From a virus (lineage: Duplodnaviria > Caudoviricetes): a stretch of DNA of 64,000 bases. Positions 1 to 11,525 of this stretch are shown here, one piece after another (position 1 is the first letter of the stretch; each line of letters starts with the position of its first letter). Position numbers and translations under genes: made by a program. The notes under the pieces are model-generated. The model worked only from the letters and a program-made list of their open reading frames with translations, did not search any database and had not been told where the DNA came from. The stretch lies in the IMG/VR virus record IMGVR_UViG_3300042196_000418. The stretch is one strand, 5' to 3'.

Positions 1-1
1 T

Positions 2-820
2 CAGTTCGGCACGCTATCGGTTCCCGTCGGCACATGGGACATGACGAGCACCGTATGGGAAGGCGTCGATAAGGGGCCGACGCTTGCGCTGGGCTCGACG
101 ACAGTCCTGTTCGACGATGGCGCGGTGATTACGCGGCTGCGTACGGTCCGAGGGCTACACCTCCAGTGTCTCGGAGCGACGGCCATCAACGATCTTGACG
201 ATGGGGACATCTTCATCCTCGACGACTACTCTGTCATCGGCGGTGACGACTTCCCCGTGATCAGCCTGGCCGGCATCGGGCTATTCAAGACCGCTACGAT
301 CTGCGTCCGTCACGGCTCCCAAGTGCTTCAGCAGGAGATAGCGATCACGGATCTCACGCAGACCTTGGTCATCGAAGTGGACAAGTTCTCGCTGCTCGAA
401 TCGAACACCATATCCAACGGCTTCTCAGGTACCGGCACCCTCGTCATTCACAGCCAAGGTTCGACGCTGAGCGCGCCCGCGCTGCAAAGTTTCTTTGCTG
501 GCATTGTGCAGCTACGCTACGACATCAGCGGCTTCAACCCGGTAGCGGACCAAACGCCACTGGCGCTTGATCCCGGCATGGTTGCCTACTACACGCTCGG
601 CGCGGCCAGCACGATCGTCAACCTGCCTGTGGCATCGTGGCACCCCGGCGCGATGATCATCGTGAAGAATTCGTCGTCGTCCCCAAATCCGATCGTGATC
701 ACGCCGACCGCGCCCGACACGATCGACGGTGCGGTGGACTACACCATCACGGTCGCGCAAGGTTCAGCGATCGTGGTCTCAGATGGCGTCTCGAATTGGA
801 TGATCGTGTCAAAGACCTAA
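2..820 (+). CDS. Putative virion structural / tail-fibre-like protein, 5'-partial
   Basis: Frame is open from base 2 (QFGTLSVPVGTWDM...). The beta-rich C-terminus TIDGAVDYTITVAQGSAIVVSDGVSNWMIV resembles C-terminal modules of phage tail/structural proteins. Confidence 0.55.
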   Translation, partial: QFGTLSVPVGTWDMTSTVWEGVDKGPTLALGSTTVLFDDGAVITRLRTVRGLHLQCLGATAINDLDDGDIFILDDYSVIGGDDFPVISLAGIGLFKTATICVRHGSQVLQQEIAITDLTQTLVIEVDKFSLLESNTISNGFSGTGTLVIHSQGSTLSAPALQSFFAGIVQLRYDISGFNPVADQTPLALDPGMVAYYTLGAASTIVNLPVASWHPGAMIIVKNSSSSPNPIVITPTAPDTIDGAVDYTITVAQGSAIVVSDGVSNWMIVSKT

Positions 821-846
821 CGTCACTCCACGGCGACGAAGAGAAC

Positions 847-1338
847 ATGATCAATAAGCCCCTCGAGTTCTGTACACACCTTGCCCGCGCGATCCGCGCA
901 AACGTGAAGACGACCACGTGGAAGCCACTGTCCCCCGCAGACCAGGAACGTCGTGCAGCGGGCTATACGAGTCCGAACGTGCCATTCCCTGCGGGATCGG
1001 TGTCACCGCTGATGGAGCCGTGGGGCTACGTGAATGGCAAGATCACGTTCGCCTCTTCATTCGCGCCGGACACTGCGACCGGACCCTCAACGCCACCACC
1101 TGGATGGCGTCCGATGCGGGGAACACGCTGGGAAAAGTCACTGCTCATCAGCTCATGTGACCTCGTCCAGCTCTCGACGATCACCGAGGAGAAGGCACGC
1201 CTCACAGGAACGAACCCTCCCGAAGGCTCGACGTACCTTGCCGAGTTCGAACGGCAGTGGCGTGCTGCCTACCGTGGAGCGCAGGCGTGGGACAGCGATC
1301 CGTACTGCTGGTTGATCGCGTTCACGCTCGCCGTATAG
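847..1338 (+). CDS. ASCH/PUA-like phage protein
   Basis: KPLEFCTHLARAIRANVKTTTWK...QLSTITEEKARLTG...AWDSDPYCWLIAF follows the phage ASCH-like pattern PILF..MVRAIL.G.KT.TRR...LQDI.EE.A..EG...SW.ANPWVW.IEF. ATG at 847. Confidence 0.6.
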   Translation: MINKPLEFCTHLARAIRANVKTTTWKPLSPADQERRAAGYTSPNVPFPAGSVSPLMEPWGYVNGKITFASSFAPDTATGPSTPPPGWRPMRGTRWEKSLLISSCDLVQLSTITEEKARLTGTNPPEGSTYLAEFERQWRAAYRGAQAWDSDPYCWLIAFTLAV

Positions 1339-2165
1339 CACTGCAAGAGCCCGCAATCCCTCCAACGTGGTGACTTAGCGGTCGGCCTCGTCTGTTCAAG
1401 GCAGCGAGGTGCGGAAACGGTCGGCGACGCTGCCCTCTATCTACCAGCGAATCTCCCAGCCACCTGGTGCCCAGCCCTGGCGCACGATCGCCGCGACGCA
1501 CTGATCCTTTGCATCTCGCAGCGACGAGCACTCACTGTTCTCACCGCCCGTGCCGCGGTCGTCCCACGTATGCCACGTAAACCGATCTTCACTGTTCTGC
1601 CAAATCGTGGCTCGTTCGCGACCGCGACCGTCGAGGAGATCCCACTGCCGTTGCAGTCCGAGATGCGGAGCGATGGATCGATCGACCCAGCGCCACGACT
1701 TGATCACGAACGCCCCTGATGCTTCTCGATCGCGCGTGCCAGCCCGCGGATACGCGAGAGCGTGAGCCGCAGTCGACCGCCCGGGCTCCACCTCGAGTGC
1801 GAGTCCCTCGGGCCACGCGCGATACCACTCATCACACCCTCACAGCGAGGGCTTCCTTTCGAGTTCGCCGTCCGCGTCGAGTTCGTTCACGAGCCGGAAC
1901 AGCTCGCGGTACGCAACCTCGCGACCCGTCGCGCTGCTCTGGACCTCAAGAGAGGTGTACTTCTTGACCTGGTCAGCGAGCATAACGAGCGCCTCAAGCA
2001 CGGTCGAGTACGCGGTCTTGTCGTGCGGGATGTCGTGCTGGAACCGGTCCGACTCGACGACCTGGCGCGCGGTCTTGATGATGTTATGCAAACGCTCGTT
2101 CATCGTATCTCCGTTGAAGTTAACCGAACAGCTCACGCATTCTTCTCACATGCATCGGCACTCAG

Positions 2166-2672
2166 TCACCAGCGCTCTCCAAACAGGTCGAGCTGCGTCG
2201 CTGCCGAGGAAGCACACTCTGGTTCTAAGCTGCCGTTACCCCGGACGTGGACCACCGCGGCACCAGAACGTGCGAGGACGGGCGCGATAAGAAGACGGCG
2301 ATGACAGCGTGACGGATCTTCCTCGGCGCAGAGAATCACGGTCTGCCGGCACCGCGCGATCGCAACAAGGTTTGCGATTCCCTCCGCGAAATCAGGAGCC
2401 AACGCACGGCGATCGTAATCGACGGTACCGTCCTGCCGATAGAACGTCCGATCGTCAGGACGACCGCCGAGCTGCCGGCCCAAGAAGACATAGGCGACTT
2501 GCTCGCCGAGCAAACGCGCCAACTCAGCTTTGTCGAAGTGCGGTGCCCACTTCGAGTGAGGCTGCGATCGAACATCAACGAGCTGCTCGATCGCGTGTGT
2601 ACGCAGGAGTGCTAGGAAATGCTCGGCCGTGTGCCTCGAATGCCCGATGGTAAAAATCGTGTTTTCGGGCAT
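2166..2672 (-). CDS. DUF488 family protein
   Basis: IFTIGHS...LVDVRSQP.S...F....L...YVFLGRQLGGR...LCAEEDPSRCHRRLLIA are hallmark DUF488 motifs. Confidence 0.9.
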   Translation of the reverse strand: MPENTIFTIGHSRHTAEHFLALLRTHAIEQLVDVRSQPHSKWAPHFDKAELARLLGEQVAYVFLGRQLGGRPDDRTFYRQDGTVDYDRRALAPDFAEGIANLVAIARCRQTVILCAEEDPSRCHRRLLIAPVLARSGAAVVHVRGNGSLEPECASSAATQLDLFGERW

Positions 2673-3254
2673 GGGCAACGATATCTTCCTTCAGAGTACA
2701 AGAGCGGCGATCTGAGCGCGAAGGTTCCGCAGCGCGGGCCCTGGCGGTCCATTAAACCACACGTCGTCCTTACCGCGCTCCATGCTCTTGTTGCTATCGA
2801 ACTGCGTAACCACGCCGAGCGACCGTGCACGATCGAGCAGGGCCGTCGCGCGCTCGATGTCGATATCACCACCGAACCGGTAGCCAACAACGCGTGACAG
2901 CGACGGCTTGTGGGACGGGCGACGCTTCATATCGATTCCTTGAGCTTGTAGAGCTTGGCGGCCAAGAAAGCTGGATTGGGCGAAACGCCGAGCTCGCAGT
3001 GGATGCAGCGGACGCGCTCCGGCGCAAACGGCGGCTTCTCACCGTTCAACACACGCGCGGTCCTCGGGCCCAGTGCTGGGATCGAGCGAAAGGCGAGATG
3101 TCCGCATTCGAGCGTCAGCATCCACGCCTCCCCACCATGTACTCCGGTCTGTGTCTCGATGAACCGGACCTCGCGCCACGGCGCGGTCGATGCAGTTCGA
3201 GACTTCGGCGGAAGGCCGACCGATCGCCGCTTCGTACCCATTACGTTAGCCTCT

Positions 3255-3893
3255 TCACGGTACCATCTCCGTCGCGAGCGCGTGTTGCGCCCAGAAGGTC
3301 TGGGCCTCCTCAAGCTGCTTCCACAACTGAGTCAACTTCGCGTCGGTAGCGTCCACTGTCCCAGCGATCGCGGTGATCTGCGCGGAAAGGTCGCCCGGCT
3401 CCTTCGGCGACGCAGGCGTGTCGAGCGCTGCAACACCATATGCGGTGTAGAGGATGCACGGATGCTTGATCGTCTTCGACCCCGCGCAATGCACGCAAGT
3501 CACATTTCCCTCCCCGTTGCAGGTGGAACACGCCTCTTGGTGCGGACCCGCAATCATGCGCACGAAACGCGTCGGCCTCTTCGGCCGTGTGACGAGTCGC
3601 GAGACCCATGCGCGATCACCGCGCTGCGCGTAGTAGACGTCGGCTTCGGGGACAGGCGGATCGCCCGCGCTTGGCCCGTAAAGCTCATTCGTTGCCGTCC
3701 CGAGATAGTCAGGAAGCTCGAACGTATGAACGAAGACCCGTGCGTTCCGCGGCAACGTTGCGCAACCTCGTTCGTTGAGGGTCTCGTAATTCCCCGTGCG
3801 CGCACGAAACACCGCACGCCCTTCAGCGAAGATGTGGTCCCATTGCTCGTCCGTGAACACGTGATCCACATGCGAAAACTTGTGTAGAAGCAT
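3255..3893 (-). CDS. Hypothetical protein with DnaJ-type zinc-finger repeats
   Basis: CSTCNGEG..TCVHCAGS (CxxCxGxG). C-terminal coiled coil. Confidence 0.6.
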   Translation of the reverse strand: MLLHKFSHVDHVFTDEQWDHIFAEGRAVFRARTGNYETLNERGCATLPRNARVFVHTFELPDYLGTATNELYGPSAGDPPVPEADVYYAQRGDRAWVSRLVTRPKRPTRFVRMIAGPHQEACSTCNGEGNVTCVHCAGSKTIKHPCILYTAYGVAALDTPASPKEPGDLSAQITAIAGTVDATDAKLTQLWKQLEEAQTFWAQHALATEMVP

Positions 3894-4865
3894 CCCTACG
3901 TTTGCCTCTTGGTCAGTCCATCATCGTTTGATGGCAGTGCTCCCCAGGTCTCGCCGTGCTGTACGTCGACGCACAACGGGATCTTTCCAAACTCGCAGGG
4001 CTCATCCAGCGTGGAAATCATCTCCCGTTCCATCGCGCGCAGCGCGCCCAGGTCGGAATCCGGCGCGTCTTCGATCCCGAGCTGGATCGTGAACGCGACA
4101 GCAGCGACCGTCAGATCCCTCGGAACGATCCTTTGCGCGACGCGTATCGCGGCGGACTCCGAGGCGACCAGCTGCGGAAGCGCGTAACGACGAGCCGCAC
4201 GCGCCAGGTCGCTGAGGACGCACGACATGTCATGGGTCATCACCAGCCGCAACGTCATGGCACCCCACTCGTCGTGCCACGTCCCCAGCTTGGAGATCAC
4301 GGCACGTTCCAGCTCGTGGGCCTCATCCGAGGAGCGGCCCGCCTCGATCGCGAGCTGGATCGTGAACGCAACTGCTGCTTCGATGAGGTGTTTGGGAACA
4401 CCCGTCTCGTTGGACGGCGTGTACCGGTAAGCGGCGCTCTTCAGCGCTTCGAGAGCCTCCCAGAGATCGTTGGTCATGAGGACGAGCTTCACGCTGGATC
4501 CCTCCTGTGTGGACGCATGTTGAAGTAGCGGTGCGCGAAATCGCGAAGAGCGAGCGGTTCGCTCCACGCTCCGGGAGCAGACATCGCGCACCGCTCACAC
4601 TCCCTCACGCACCATTTGTTCATGTGCTCCGCCGAGGTCGCACCAACCGGCTTTGCGTGCCCACCCTCGTACGTCCCAGGATCAACCGGAGCGTCGCCTA
4701 GCTCGTCATCGGAGAGCCATGCGAAGTCATCCGGATCGGAGCCGTCGCCGACCATGACGTGCGGCCTCGTGTTGGTGCCCCACGCCTTATCGCAGCGACC
4801 GTCACACGCGACCTTGGCGAGCTGGTCGCCAAAGTCGACGAAATTCTCGAACCTGCGTGGACCGC

Positions 4866-6074
4866 TCACTCGGGCCTTTTTCCGATCACCTCGACCTCGT
4901 CGAAGTCTAGTTCACGGTTGATGAGATACACGGGATCCTCGTAGTCACCCTTGTAGTCGAGGATCGAGACGATCGTGCACGCACGCACGCGGAGGAAGTC
5001 GTTGACCTCCTCCTGAGTGAAGCAGTCGCGTTGACCCTTGATCGCCTCCGCGAGCGTCTTGCGGCGCTTCTCGTAGGCCGCGTGATCGGCAACGTAGATG
5101 CCGCGAGCGTCCTTCGGCGTCACCTTGACGAGCTGGTTCTCGCACGATCCACGCGAGTGGCCTGGAACGCGCCAGCCCTCGGCGCCGATCACGCCACACC
5201 AGAGGAACCCGTCATAGGCCACCTCGGGAAGATCAGGTCCGCTCTTGATGTAGGTCGGCGCCAGCCGCTGACCCGAGCCGTCCATGCCGTAGCGATCGGC
5301 CAACTGCAACTCGTCCAGACACTTCTTCCCCAGCTCGATGCGCCGCGCGTCGCGTGGCTCGCCGTATGCGAAGAAAGGTCCGATCCCCGACGGAAACGGG
5401 ATCGGAGCCGGCTCTGCGCATACATCGGGAATTACTTCCACGAGAGGAAACTCTTCGATGTATGCGAGGACACCCTGAAGGTGCGTGCGTACTTCGTTCA
5501 TAACCTCCGCCGTGTCGTAGGACTTGGGTTCGTCGCCCTCAGGGCCGTACTCGCGTCCGTCCTGGTCCCACTCCAAACTGCTGGCCCGCTGCCCACGATA
5601 AGAACGCTGCCCCGAGTATTTGACGCACACGCGCGGTTCGTTGTTGAGCCGCGCGTTGGGACGCGTCCACCAGGTAGCGCGATCTCCTTCCCAGTTATCG
5701 CCGACGTAGACGTAGAAGGTGGGTCCCGAGTCGTCCTCGTACACGGTCAGCGATCGCGTACCGAAGCGAACGTCGTGGACCGCCGCCGTATCGTTCCACC
5801 GCCCTCCGGCTAGCTGACCTTGCGGACGTCCAAAGTGGATCATGATGTCGTGATGGCCAAGATCGATGGCGTTCTGGTCGCTCGTAACGCTCTCGACGTA
5901 TCGGAGCTTCTGGGCCCCGCTGCCGTAGTCGTAGAAGACGACGGACAAACCAGGGACCTTCCAGTCGCGTGCATGGAGGGCACGGACGATCTGCTCGGAC
6001 ACCTCGTCAAACGGGAACTGACGGCTCTTGGGGTAGAGAAACTGCATCGAGAGTAGGGCTCCTGGTTGATTCAC
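4866..6074 (-). CDS. Hypothetical protein (402 aa), first gene of a sigma54-type operon
   Basis: Long ORF with protein-like composition. GTG start 15 nt after the promoter -12 GC. Confidence 0.8.
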   Translation of the reverse strand: MNQPGALLSMQFLYPKSRQFPFDEVSEQIVRALHARDWKVPGLSVVFYDYGSGAQKLRYVESVTSDQNAIDLGHHDIMIHFGRPQGQLAGGRWNDTAAVHDVRFGTRSLTVYEDDSGPTFYVYVGDNWEGDRATWWTRPNARLNNEPRVCVKYSGQRSYRGQRASSLEWDQDGREYGPEGDEPKSYDTAEVMNEVRTHLQGVLAYIEEFPLVEVIPDVCAEPAPIPFPSGIGPFFAYGEPRDARRIELGKKCLDELQLADRYGMDGSGQRLAPTYIKSGPDLPEVAYDGFLWCGVIGAEGWRVPGHSRGSCENQLVKVTPKDARGIYVADHAAYEKRRKTLAEAIKGQRDCFTQEEVNDFLRVRACTIVSILDYKGDYEDPVYLINRELDFDEVEVIGKRPE

Positions 6075-6087
6075 GGTGGACTGCTAT

Positions 6088-6209
6088 TGCGCTCCGCGTG
6101 CCGAGACCGGCACGTGCAACACCGCGATCATAGTGCCTGGGTGTCGCAGTACCTGGCTCGGAACGAACACGCTGGCCGTGACGCTCGAGAGACGGGTATG
6201 CAGGTACCC
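6088..6209 (-). promoter_or_regulatory. Promoter cassette P1: paired palindromes plus sigma54-type -24/-12
   Basis: GGGTA-tgcagg-TACCC 6194-6209 (perfect), GGGTG-tcgcag-TACCT 6139-6154 (55 bp away). Minus-strand GG-cacgcggagc-GC at 6102-6089. Start codon 6074. Confidence 0.75.
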
Positions 6210-6497
6210 AGGACCATCAGCGCTTGAAGTCCGTGCGCGCCGCGAGTTGCGGAAGCTGGCTCCGACGAATCCGATAGACCTGGCAGCCGCTTGCATCGAC
6301 TGTCCATGCGTCGCCGGTGCCGAAGTAATCGTGGAAGAGCTTGGACGGCACGGTGCCCAGAACCGCCTGAATCAGCACGCAACCAACCTTGCGGTGTTTG
6401 ACGTCGTAGGCAATCCGATACTCTGGATCGTCCTCGGGATCGGCGAAGTCTTTCGGTGACGTCGGTGCAGAAGACACTTTGTTCTTGGTAGACATCC

Positions 6498-7055
6498 CTA
6501 TTCCTTTACGGCGGGCGGAGTGCCGGCTGCCGCGCGCGCTGCAACCTTCGGCAGCTTCGACACTGTAATTTCGGAGGCGCGTGTGAGCTGATCTTGAGTC
6601 ACGCCGACGGCGACGAGCGCTTGGAGGAATGTCTGCCGTCCCGCTTCGAAGTCGGCGAAGGCTTCCTCGCTCAATGCGTTGAACTCAGCCTTCAGCGTAT
6701 CGATATTGGCGTTGGTCTCCTTGGCCATCGCGTCGATAGCGTCGTTGGTCTCCTTGGCCATCGCGTCGATGTCGTCTTTGAGCATCATCTCGGCGATCGG
6801 CGCAAGCAAATCAACGCGGTGATCGTGTAACCAGAGCAGCAGATCCTTCAAGTCGACGAGCGTCGAGTTGTGGCCGCCTTCGTTTGTCGCTTCGAGCACG
6901 AAACGTCGTTCTCCGCCAACATCGACGATCTTGTCGTCGGCGATCTGCACCTCGTTGAGGTACACGAGGTAGCTCTCCGCGTACTCGCGCACACCGAGGG
7001 TCACGCCATCGCGAACAAATGTCATCGGGACACCTTCTCGCTGTCGCCGGTTCAT
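6498..7055 (-). CDS. Hypothetical protein with a tandem 11-aa repeat (IDAMAKETN..)
   Basis: ORF track plus a visible 33-bp-period duplication. Confidence 0.7.
   Translation of the reverse strand: MNRRQREGVPMTFVRDGVTLGVREYAESYLVYLNEVQIADDKIVDVGGERRFVLEATNEGGHNSTLVDLKDLLLWLHDHRVDLLAPIAEMMLKDDIDAMAKETNDAIDAMAKETNANIDTLKAEFNALSEEAFADFEAGRQTFLQALVAVGVTQDQLTRASEITVSKLPKVAARAAAGTPPAVKE
6711..6770. repeat. 27-bp direct repeat, 33-bp period
   Basis: gttggtctccttggccatcgcgtcgat at 6711-6737 and 6744-6770. Confidence 0.9.
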
Positions 7056-9688
7056 GCTGCCGCCTCCAGCAGCTCGACGTCACGAGGCCGCAGCTGCCGC
7101 AGCCATTCGAGGACCGCGGCCCAGCTGCGACGTGGCTCGAGCGCGCCATCCCCGAAGTCGACACACCACTGACCGTCCGTGGTGCGAAGCACCTCGTACG
7201 TGCGATTGGTCCACGTCATGCCAGGCCCCGTCTGGATCTGGCAGGTGATCAACGCACGACTTTGCGGTTCGCGAAGTGCCTCGATGGTCGCGTAGTCAGC
7301 TCTCTCGTACGTAGTCATTTGCGGTACCTCCCCTTCGCCTCTGGTAGCAGCTTCGTCGACCACTGCTCGATCGCGTGCGTGGCATCGTCGAACGTCGCAC
7401 GCGGATCTAGTACCCAACGCCAGTATGGGAGCTCGGTGGAATGCGGCGTCGCCTCGACATAGCTCTCGGCCCAGCGACCACCGACCCAGCGCCGGTAGAA
7501 CCGGAAGCGCCAGAGGCCCAGGACATCGAGCAGCCGCTGGAGGCGCGTCACGGTTTCCTCTTGGAAACGACGTCGTCCACAACACGACGAATCTCACGTC
7601 GCAAAAACGTCTCGACGCTCGCCGGTACGTGCTCGCCGGCCGCAACGCGGAAACGATTCGCATGGTACCCACGCGACAAGTGCCGGCCGCGCCGTGTACC
7701 GCTCCAGCAGCGCGTGCCGACCTCGGCGCCGCACTGGGGACAGGCGACGGAGAGGGCGTCGGTCTTCGCCGTCGCATCCATCACAGCTTGACCTCCGAGG
7801 CGATGATCACCTCACCATCCGCGAAATGGTACCAGCCGCGGCCGTGACGCCCGGCATGGTCCACGAGGGCGGACAGCGCGCAGCTGATCGCGTAGTAGTA
7901 GAGCTTCATCTCGGCCCGCGATATCTGCGTCATTCGTCGGGCTCCGCGAGCCAGCGCAGGTATGACCGGTAGATAGACCGACCGTCAGGGCACATCGCAG
8001 AGAGCACGCCATCCGGGACCGACAGTCGCAGCTCCTTGACCTGGGCGACGCGAACGTTCTCGGGATCGGTAGCTTTGCACTGCGAACAGTTCCCGAAGTG
8101 CCGAGAGACGTCATCGTGGATCCACGAGCCCTTCGTCACGAGCCGGCCTTCTTCCGAACGACAACCTCATCCGTGATGTCCTTGCCGCAGCTCTCGCAGA
8201 TCCACGCTTCTAGAGGTGCGCCATGCAGGCGGCCGTGCCCTAAGCGCGTAGGTCCGAGGTGCTTGCCATAGGAGCATGCTCGAATGGCCGGTGCGACGAC
8301 GGCGAACGTGAACTCCGGGTGCTGCCGCAAGCAGTCGGGTCCGATCGGCAAGAGCGTGGGAGCGCGAGAACCGTCGGGCCACGTCTGAAAGTCGCGCCAC
8401 TCATCGGCCAAAAGGTCAACGTCCGCAGCCACGAGCCACCACTCACCGTCGTTGGTGCGCGCCGTGCGCAGTCGAACCGCGTCCGGCCGCACGGGCCGCG
8501 CGCAGTACGCGCACAGCGCCTCGTCGTAGACGCCCATCCCGGCATCCATCCCGCCAAAGCGCTTGCACCAGCGATCGGACTGTACGAACACGAGCCGCTG
8601 CGTCACGGCAGATCGCTGTGTCACGGCAGGACCTTCGGCGCGTGTTTGCTCATGTATTCGAAGACCCTTCGTACTTCGGCTTTCGTCAGGCCATCCTCCA
8701 TCGCCACGGAGGACCAGTCCCCTGCGGTAGGGTCGTATCTCCATGCCGTGATGAAGAGACGCCACCGATCCGAGTCGCCGATGTCGCTGATCTGCGCAGT
8801 AATGGCGAGCGGAACGTGATCCTCGTAGGAATCGATACGAACGCCGGGTGGTGGTGGATGCACAGCGGTCATGGCAGTGCCTCCAGCGCCAGCTTCAACC
8901 GGTCACGAATCGTAGGCATTGGGCCCGCAGCGTCAGGCGCTGTCGTGTGCGCGGCCACCGTGGCTAGCTGTGCGGCGACAAGTCCGCAAAGTGCGTGAAC
9001 ATCATCCTCGTAGAGCTCGACGAGAACTTGCTTGCGATCGTTGCCTTCCTTGCGCCACGCGGCATCCATCGCGTCGGTCCAGGTGGCGACGAGCGTGATC
9101 TCGATCGTGGGCCGTGCCTCGCCGTCCACGATCGTCGCTCCGATCAAGGCCCTCGACCACGCCATGGCCGTGTGGTCGAACAGGTATACGAGGTCGACGC
9201 CGATCGCGATGCCGCGGGGCAATACGATCGTCACCGAGTTCCGATCGATCCGGATCTCGCTGGCCTGATACACGGCCCACGCACCGCTGTCGCGAACCTC
9301 GTAGCCAGGCTGCCCCCGCTTTTCCGGATGCTGGAGCAGAACGACTTCCAGCTCGGCAGCGTCACGCGCGCGGGACGCCACGTTGTGCGCCTCGAAGCGC
9401 GCACGGATCTCGGAACGAAAGCTCTCGGCAACGACTTCGTCGGACCATTGAAGTAGCGAGGCTTCGGTCATGACTGCCTCCACGCGTCAAAGCGCTTGAG
9501 CACGAGACGCGCGAGTGCCTGTCCTAGGATGATGACCATCACGAGGACACCGCCCTCCCATAGGCCGCGGTCGTAGTCCGCATGGTCCGCGAGCAACCAC
9601 TCGAGGCACCAATAGGTACAGGACGCGCTCAGGCTAATTGCGATGCCGAGCATGAACGGCAGGACGAAGCTTCGAAGTACACCACGCA

Positions 9689-10297
9689 TCAGGAGAGCCC
9701 CTTCCCATTAGAACCACCGTGAATCGCGCACCCTGCGTCACGACAGCCGCCTGCCTCGGACAGGATCGCGCTCGCGAGCTTACTGGCCAGTGCGGCGCTC
9801 TCGTCGGAGACGTAGGACAGCTCGTGGTAGCCGCTCACCGAGTAGCCGATGAGCTGCGCGAGCTGCTCCTCATCTTCCTGCGGGAAGTCTTGCGTACCGG
9901 TCCAGTTCAGACCGCCGTCGGAACGCGCTGGGAAGTCGGGATACACCCTGCCGCGTTCGGTATCACGATCGAGGAGTGCGTCCACGATCGTGTTCTTGCG
10001 GAAGCGGATGGTACCGCGTGCGTCCACGTGGACGGGCTGCATGGGATGCGGATCATAGCCCTTCAGTTTCTTCCCGCCGCCGAGCAGCGGAAGCGTGGGC
10101 CGCGTGACGCGGAGACCGAGAAGCTGTGCGAACTGCATGTGATCTTCGGGCGGAGCGTCGAACTTCACGATCTGACCAAGAGCGCCGCCATCGCGGTCGA
10201 ACAAGGCTCGAACGATCGCGTTCGCGCGGAAGCGAACCACGCCGTGCTCGTCTTGGATGACAGGCTGCATGGGATGGGATGGCAGCTCTTTCTTCAC
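9689..10297 (-). CDS. Hypothetical phage protein with two tandem PMQPV..D..G..RFR.N.IV domains
   Basis: HPMQPVIQDEHGVVRFRANAIV and HPMQPVHVDARGTIRFRKNTIV. Paralogs at 54433 and 56111. Confidence 0.8.
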   Translation of the reverse strand: MKKELPSHPMQPVIQDEHGVVRFRANAIVRALFDRDGGALGQIVKFDAPPEDHMQFAQLLGLRVTRPTLPLLGGGKKLKGYDPHPMQPVHVDARGTIRFRKNTIVDALLDRDTERGRVYPDFPARSDGGLNWTGTQDFPQEDEEQLAQLIGYSVSGYHELSYVSDESAALASKLASAILSEAGGCRDAGCAIHGGSNGKGLS

Positions 10298-10707
10298 GAG
10301 GATTTTCTCCCCCAGCGCTTGAGGCGCTTGGGGCGCGGCGCCATCTTGACGAGTCCGTGCCGCTGGAGCAGCCGACGAAAGTTCGAACGATCGACACCGG
10401 CCAAGAGCGCAGCATCCACCGCCGATCCCTTCGCGGACTCCATCGCGCGCACGAGATAGTTGCGCTCGAACGCGGTCGTTGCCAAGCGCTTCGCTTCGGT
10501 GAGCGGCATCAAGGTCCAGTCGACGATCAGTTCGAGCTGACGTGCATCAACCGCGATCGGCAGGCTCCAGTGCTGCTGTGCACCGCGCCAGCGGCAAATT
10601 CGAAGTTGCCCGGAGCTCTTGGAGGTGCCGACCACGATCGCAGCACCCTTGGAAGAGGTGCGCATACGATCGTAGACGATCTGGCCGATCAAAAGGCTGG
10701 TCTTCAC
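10294..10707 (-). CDS. Fis-type HTH (HTH_8) DNA-binding protein, EBP C-terminal domain without AAA+
   Basis: LTEAKRLATTAFERNYLVRAMESAKGSAVDAALLAGVDRSNFRRLLQRHGL matches the NtrC/Fis C-terminal HTH as found in myxobacterial sigma54 activators. The protein is only 137 aa, with no Walker A or GAFTGA motif. Confidence 0.8.
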   Translation of the reverse strand: MKTSLLIGQIVYDRMRTSSKGAAIVVGTSKSSGQLRICRWRGAQQHWSLPIAVDARQLELIVDWTLMPLTEAKRLATTAFERNYLVRAMESAKGSAVDAALLAGVDRSNFRRLLQRHGLVKMAPRPKRLKRWGRKSS

Positions 10708-11525
10708 GCTGCATCCTCCGTTGCTGGCAGCGCGAGCGGCAGGTCGGGCAAGACCTCAGGCGCATGCTCGGCCAGGAACACACGCCACGATCCTGGCTTC
10801 TTTTCTCCGCCACGCGTGCCCTTGACGCCACAGCCCCACAGTCCCTGGATCTTGGTCAGGCGTGGCCGGGCACGATCCTCCATCGCGACTGCACGGCGTG
10901 CGAGATCTGGGTGCTTCTTCGCGAGCTGGATGAGTTCAGCGGGCTTGAGCGACGGACAAAACCAGCAGCTCGACTTCGGTGGCACTGGCAGGCCCGCGGC
11001 GGCGATCTCCTTCATGCACCGATCACGATCCCAGCCCCACTCACGCAGGGGATAGATCCAGTTCCACGGCCCCTTGGTCTCGACGCCACCACGGCGCGAG
11101 TCGCATGGGCCCGCGTCGTAGCCGATCGCGCGACGGACCTTGCCGCCGGCCTTGATGTGCGCAGCGAAGTAGTCGGCGCAGGCGGCGTCGAGCGGCTCGC
11201 CCTTCCACTTGAGCGAGCACTTCTTGTAGCCGAACGCGAGCGACGGCAGCGTTTGGTTCACGAGGCAATTCTCCTCAAGCGTCGCGTAGTGCCCGTGCTT
11301 GGGCCGCTGCACGACGTACTGCACGTCGGTGATCGTCGGGAAGCCCACCTCGGCGAGCCACTTGTCGATGATCGGACGGTACGCGTAGGTCTCGGGCCAC
11401 TCGTTGCCGACCTGTGCGTGGCCGATCCAATGCGGTCGGATGCCGAGACGCCACCAGCCGACGAGCACTGCGGTCGAATCGACGCCCATGCCGTACGAGA
11501 GAGCCAGTAGATTGCCTGCGCTCAT
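10704..11525 (-). CDS. PAPS-reductase-like / PP-loop adenine nucleotide alpha-hydrolase
   Basis: LSYGMGVDSTA PP-loop, GNEWPETY, CSLKWK, IGYDAG, YPLREWGWDR..C, PPKSSCWFCP. Confidence 0.8.
   Translation of the reverse strand: MSAGNLLALSYGMGVDSTAVLVGWWRLGIRPHWIGHAQVGNEWPETYAYRPIIDKWLAEVGFPTITDVQYVVQRPKHGHYATLEENCLVNQTLPSLAFGYKKCSLKWKGEPLDAACADYFAAHIKAGGKVRRAIGYDAGPCDSRRGGVETKGPWNWIYPLREWGWDRDRCMKEIAAAGLPVPPKSSCWFCPSLKPAELIQLAKKHPDLARRAVAMEDRARPRLTKIQGLWGCGVKGTRGGEKKPGSWRVFLAEHAPEVLPDLPLALPATEDAA

Larger units (their letters stand above)
1441..6074 (-). other. Minus-strand operon of about 9 mostly hypothetical genes (4866-6074, 4489-4869, 3896-4492, 3255-3893, 2927-~3240, 2691-2930, DUF488, 1840-2103, 1441-1707)
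   Basis: Overlapping stop/start codons. Headed by the sigma54-type promoter at 6088-6103. Confidence 0.7.
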
